DNA from: Escherichia coli O157:H7
GTDB lineage: Bacteria > Pseudomonadota > Gammaproteobacteria > Enterobacterales > Enterobacteriaceae
Assembly: GCF_013167455.1 (NCBI RefSeq)
Contig: NZ_CP038328.1
DNA: 64,000 bases
Direction: 5' to 3' (one strand)
Shown here: positions 60,529-64,000 of the stretch, one piece after another
Position numbering within the stretch: the first letter of the stretch is position 1
How the letters are laid out: each line of letters begins with the position of its first letter
The notes under the pieces: generated by a model
Databases searched by the model: none
Told to the model about the DNA's origin: nothing
Seen by the model: the letters and a program-made list of their open reading frames with translations, nothing else
Program-made: the position numbers and the translations under genes

Positions 60529-61632
60529 TTATTTGGTTAAATTGGGGCTGCCACCACGATTTCTACGCAGTCTGCGTTTTACGCGCTTAATAAAGCGAGC
60601 AACTTTCCAGGCACGCTTAATGCAATATCCATAGAGGAGGAATGCTAGCAAAAAGAGCACCAACATGACCCACTCCGGGACAAAATGAGAATATTCTGCC
60701 AGCACGCCAATGGAAGCGAGCAGTGCTGCGGCAAGGGTAATCAGCACAAACGCCTGGCGGGAAGTAAACCCGGCACGCATGATCAAATGGTGAATATGCT
60801 GACGGTCAGGAGAGAATGGGCTCATGCCTTTACGCAGGCGACGGTACATAATCGCCACCATATCCATTAGCGGAATGGCGATTATCCACAAAGCGGTAAC
60901 CGGGCTGATGGGATGGGTTTTGCCTTGGGTCGTTTCGAGCAGGATCCAGATCACGGTAAAACCAATCAGCGTACTGCCCGCATCACCCATAAAGACTTTG
61001 TAGCGGCGACCCAGGATACCAAGGTTAAGCATGATATATGGCAGGATGGCGGCGATCATCGCAAAGCACCAGATTGCGAGGCTGGTTTGCCCGTCGAACC
61101 ACAAAATCATACCGATTGCTGCAAACGAGACGCAGGACAACCCGCCCAGCAAGCCATCAATGCCATCAACCATGTTGAACGCATTAATGGCCGCCCAGAC
61201 GGCAAATAGCGTCAGGAAGTAACCAAACGGTCCGAGCACCATCTCCCAGGAGCCAAAGATATAACCCAGGCTACTGAGATAAAGGTTGCCAAACACCATC
61301 ATAACAATGCCAACAGCGGCCTGTATGGTGGCACGGATTTTTACGCTGATATCAAAACGGTCATCCAGCGCGCCAATGAAAACAAGCACACCGGCACAAG
61401 CGAGATAGAGAGATGCATGCGGAATATAGTAATCGACAATTCCGAACGTGAAGCAAATCCCTGCGTAAACCGAAATACCCCCAACGAGTGGTATCAACCC
61501 CTGGTGACGTTTGCGGAAGTTTGGTTTATCCACTAAACCGACTTTTTTTGCCACCTTACGGGCAAAAAACAGAAACAGTGTCGTGAATAAAAAAATACTG
61601 ATGAGATCAGTACTCACTGTCAGTAAATTCAC
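60529..61632 (-). CDS. wecA: UDP-GlcNAc:undecaprenyl-phosphate GlcNAc-1-phosphate transferase
   Basis: 367-aa polytopic membrane ORF (MraY/WecA family); first gene of the wec cluster. Confidence 0.95.
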   Translation of the reverse strand: MNLLTVSTDLISIFLFTTLFLFFARKVAKKVGLVDKPNFRKRHQGLIPLVGGISVYAGICFTFGIVDYYIPHASLYLACAGVLVFIGALDDRFDISVKIRATIQAAVGIVMMVFGNLYLSSLGYIFGSWEMVLGPFGYFLTLFAVWAAINAFNMVDGIDGLLGGLSCVSFAAIGMILWFDGQTSLAIWCFAMIAAILPYIMLNLGILGRRYKVFMGDAGSTLIGFTVIWILLETTQGKTHPISPVTALWIIAIPLMDMVAIMYRRLRKGMSPFSPDRQHIHHLIMRAGFTSRQAFVLITLAAALLASIGVLAEYSHFVPEWVMLVLFLLAFLLYGYCIKRAWKVARFIKRVKRRLRRNRGGSPNLTK

Positions 61633-61824
61633 AATGCATGCTCTCAGAGAAAATTATTAGCAGAAGTATAACCACGAAGACCTTTATTCAGAAGGGAAAG
61701 TCCGTTCCGAACCCACCAGTCCTGTGCAAAAATTAACCATTTGATATGCAAATTGCATAACATGCCAGCAAATTCCAGGAATTTTCCTAACATCGCCAGC
61801 GCGGCATTAAGATTACAGATATAA

Positions 61825-61860
61825 AAGCAAAACGCCACGTAAACACGTGGCGTTTTTGGC
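61825..61860 (-). terminator. Intrinsic terminator downstream of rho (bidirectional hairpin)
   Basis: 10-bp stem aacgccacgt / acgtggcgtt with 4-nt loop, flanked by T/A runs on both strands, 12 bp after the rho stop. Confidence 0.8.
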
Positions 61861-61871
61861 ATAAGACAAAT

Positions 61872-63131
61872 TTATGAGCGTTTCATCATTTCGAAGAAAT
61901 CGTCATTGGTCTTGGTCATTGCCAGTTTATTAATGAGGAATTCCATTGCATCGATTTCGCCCATCGGGTGAATGATTTTGCGCAGGATCCACATTTTCTG
62001 CAGTTCTTCCTGAGTCGTGAGCAGCTCTTCTTTACGGGTACCGGAACGGTTGTAGTCGATAGCCGGGAAGACGCGTTTTTCAGCGATCTTACGAGAGAGG
62101 TGCAGTTCCATGTTGCCTGTACCTTTAAACTCTTCGTAAATAACTTCGTCCATTTTAGAACCGGTATCGATAAGCGCCGTCGCGATAATGGTCAGGCTGC
62201 CGCCCTCTTCCACGTTACGCGCCGCACCGAAGAAGCGTTTCGGACGATGCAGGGCGTTGGCATCCACACCACCGGTCAACACTTTACCTGACGCCGGAAC
62301 AACGGTGTTGTAAGCGCGCGCCAGACGAGTGATGGAGTCGAGCAGAATGATAACGTCTTTCTTGTGCTCAACCAGGCGTTTCGCCTTCTCGATCACCATT
62401 TCCGCAACCTGAACGTGGCGAGATGCGGGTTCGTCAAAGGTAGAAGCAACAACTTCACCTTTTACCAGTCGCTGCATCTCGGTTACTTCTTCCGGACGTT
62501 CGTCGATCAGCAGAACCATCAGCACACAATCCGGGTGGTTGTAAGCAATGCTCTGAGCAATGTTCTGCAGCAGCATGGTTTTACCGGCTTTCGGCGGTGC
62601 CACAATCAGACCACGCTGACCACGACCGATAGGTGATGCCAGATCCAGTACGCGAGCGGTTAAATCTTCAGTAGAACCGTTACCACGTTCCATACGCAGA
62701 CGAGAGTTTGCGTGCAGCGGGGTTAAGTTCTCAAAGAGGATTTTGTTGCGGGCGTTTTCAGGTTTGTCGAAGTTAACTTCGTTAACTTTCAGCAGCGCAA
62801 AATAGCGTTCACCTTCTTTCGGCGGGCGAATCTTACCAGAGATGGTATCACCAGTGCGGAGGTTGAAACGGCGGATTTGGCTAGGGGAAACGTAGATGTC
62901 ATCAGGACCGGCGAGGTAGGAGCTGTCTGCGGAACGGAGGAAACCAAATCCATCCTGCAATATCTCCAGTACGCCATCACCAAAGATATCTTCGCCACTC
63001 TTTGCGTGCTGCTTCAGGATGGCAAAAATAATGTCCTGCTTACGCATACGAGCCAGGTTTTCCAGCCCCATATTTTCGCCGAGAGTGATCAGCTCAGAAA
63101 CCGGCGTATTCTTTAATTCGGTAAGATTCAT
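61872..63131 (-). CDS. rho: Transcription termination factor Rho
   Basis: Recognised Rho sequence starting [36 protein letters not shown] (419 aa); the ORF track's 24-codon upstream extension is not part of Rho. Confidence 0.97.
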
Positions 63132-63215
63132 AGTGGTGTGAGTTCTTAAACTTGGGGTAAATCTCGAACTTAATGTTGTGAATGGTATGGCAGGATCATC
63201 CATGCCTGTTTACGG

Positions 63216-63317
63216 TCATCGACTCATGTCTTTTCGCTGCCTGGTCACAGGAGAGTACGCAGAACTGAAACGACAAGACGGATTGAGTGACGAGCCAGAA
63301 ATCTGTTCACTTCGCAT
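63216..63317 (-). CDS. rhoL: rho operon leader peptide
   Basis: Minus-strand ATG at 63315-63317 opens a 33-codon ORF MRSEQISGSSLNPSCRFSSAYSPVTRQRKDMSR ending at a TGA; matches RhoL as I recall it; too short for the ORF track. Confidence 0.75.
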   Translation of the reverse strand: MRSEQISGSSLNPSCRFSSAYSPVTRQRKDMSR

Positions 63318-63457
63318 TTAAGATAAAACGGGAAGCGTTGGAAATTACAAGATTCAAACTTAATAAGGTATGTTTAATACGAAGTCAACACTAAGTTAGC
63401 ATGACTCACGCCGGGCGTCCAGTTTTTAGCGACGGGGCACCCGAACATGAAATTCCC

Positions 63458-63787
63458 TTACGCCAGGTTAGCGTCGAGGAACTCTTTCAACTGACCTTTA
63501 GACAGTGCGCCCACTTTGGTTGCCGCCACTTCACCGTTTTTGAACAGCAGCAGAGTCGGGATACCACGGATGCCATATTTCGGCGCAGTGCCAGGGTTTT
63601 GATCGATGTTCAGTTTTGCAACGGTCAGTTTGCCCTGATATTCGTCAGCGATTTCATCCAGAATCGGGGCGATCATTTTGCACGGACCGCACCACTCTGC
63701 CCAGAAATCGACGAGGATCGCCCCGTCCGCTTTGAGTACATCCGTGTCAAAACTGTCGTCAGTCAGGTGAATAATTTTATCGCTCAT
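63458..63787 (-). CDS. trxA: Thioredoxin 1
   Basis: Recognised TrxA ([41 protein letters not shown]..., 109 aa, CGPC active site); start at internal Met of the 144-aa ORF. Confidence 0.97.
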
Positions 63788-63918
63788 ATATAACTCCACA
63801 GGAATAAGCCTGGCGTGTTGGTTTCGTTGTTGGTGTAACATTAACCAACTAAAGGTTGACTTTATTTCACCGGATACGCTTTCGTAAAGCAATAGTAAGC
63901 TGATATTCTACCACACTA

Positions 63919-64000
63919 TGAGCAAAACACATTTAACAGAACAGAAGTTTTCCGACTTCGCCCTGCATCCGAAGGTTGTAGAAGCCCTTGAAAAAAAAGG
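63919..64000 (+). CDS. rhlB: ATP-dependent RNA helicase RhlB, 5' end only (runs off the window end)
   Basis: ATG at 63919 followed by codons for [27 protein letters not shown], the RhlB N-terminus; divergent from trxA. Confidence 0.8.

Overview
This 64 kb window is conserved Escherichia coli-type core chromosome, in inverted orientation relative to the usual K-12 map: fre(5' end)-ubiD-rfaH-tatDCBA-ubiB-ubiJ-ubiE-rmuC-udp-ysgA-metE-metR-yigM-yigL-pldB-rhtB-rhtC-recQ-pldA-yigI-rarD ... corA-yigE ... uvrD-yigB-xerC-yigA-dapF-yifL-cyaY-cyaA-hemCDXY-glmZ-aslA-aslB-tRNA locus-yifK-wec (ECA) cluster-rho-rhoL-trxA-rhlB(5' end). All gene calls rest on reading the supplied translations and DNA against remembered protein and RNA sequences; no search was run. 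No CRISPR array, IS element, transposase or integrase was seen. Non-core content is concentrated in two places. (1) 23.3-26.0 kb between rarD and corA: an AT-rich segment with two divergent small membrane-protein genes, a diverged duplicate of the corA 3' end, and a translationally coupled two-gene cassette (282-aa protein with no export signal plus 163-aa exported protein) that I cannot assign to any family. This is the best candidate for an undescribed system. (2) 28.1-29.0 kb between yigE and uvrD: a gene for a signal-peptide-bearing SalL/DUF62-family (SAM halogenase / hydroxide adenosyltransferase-like) protein. Other anomalies: a 226-bp tandem duplication in the tRNA operon creating an extra tRNA-Leu and a Pro/His hybrid pseudo-tRNA, and a (CCTGCA)15 repeat giving a (Pro-Ala)15 tract in hemX.
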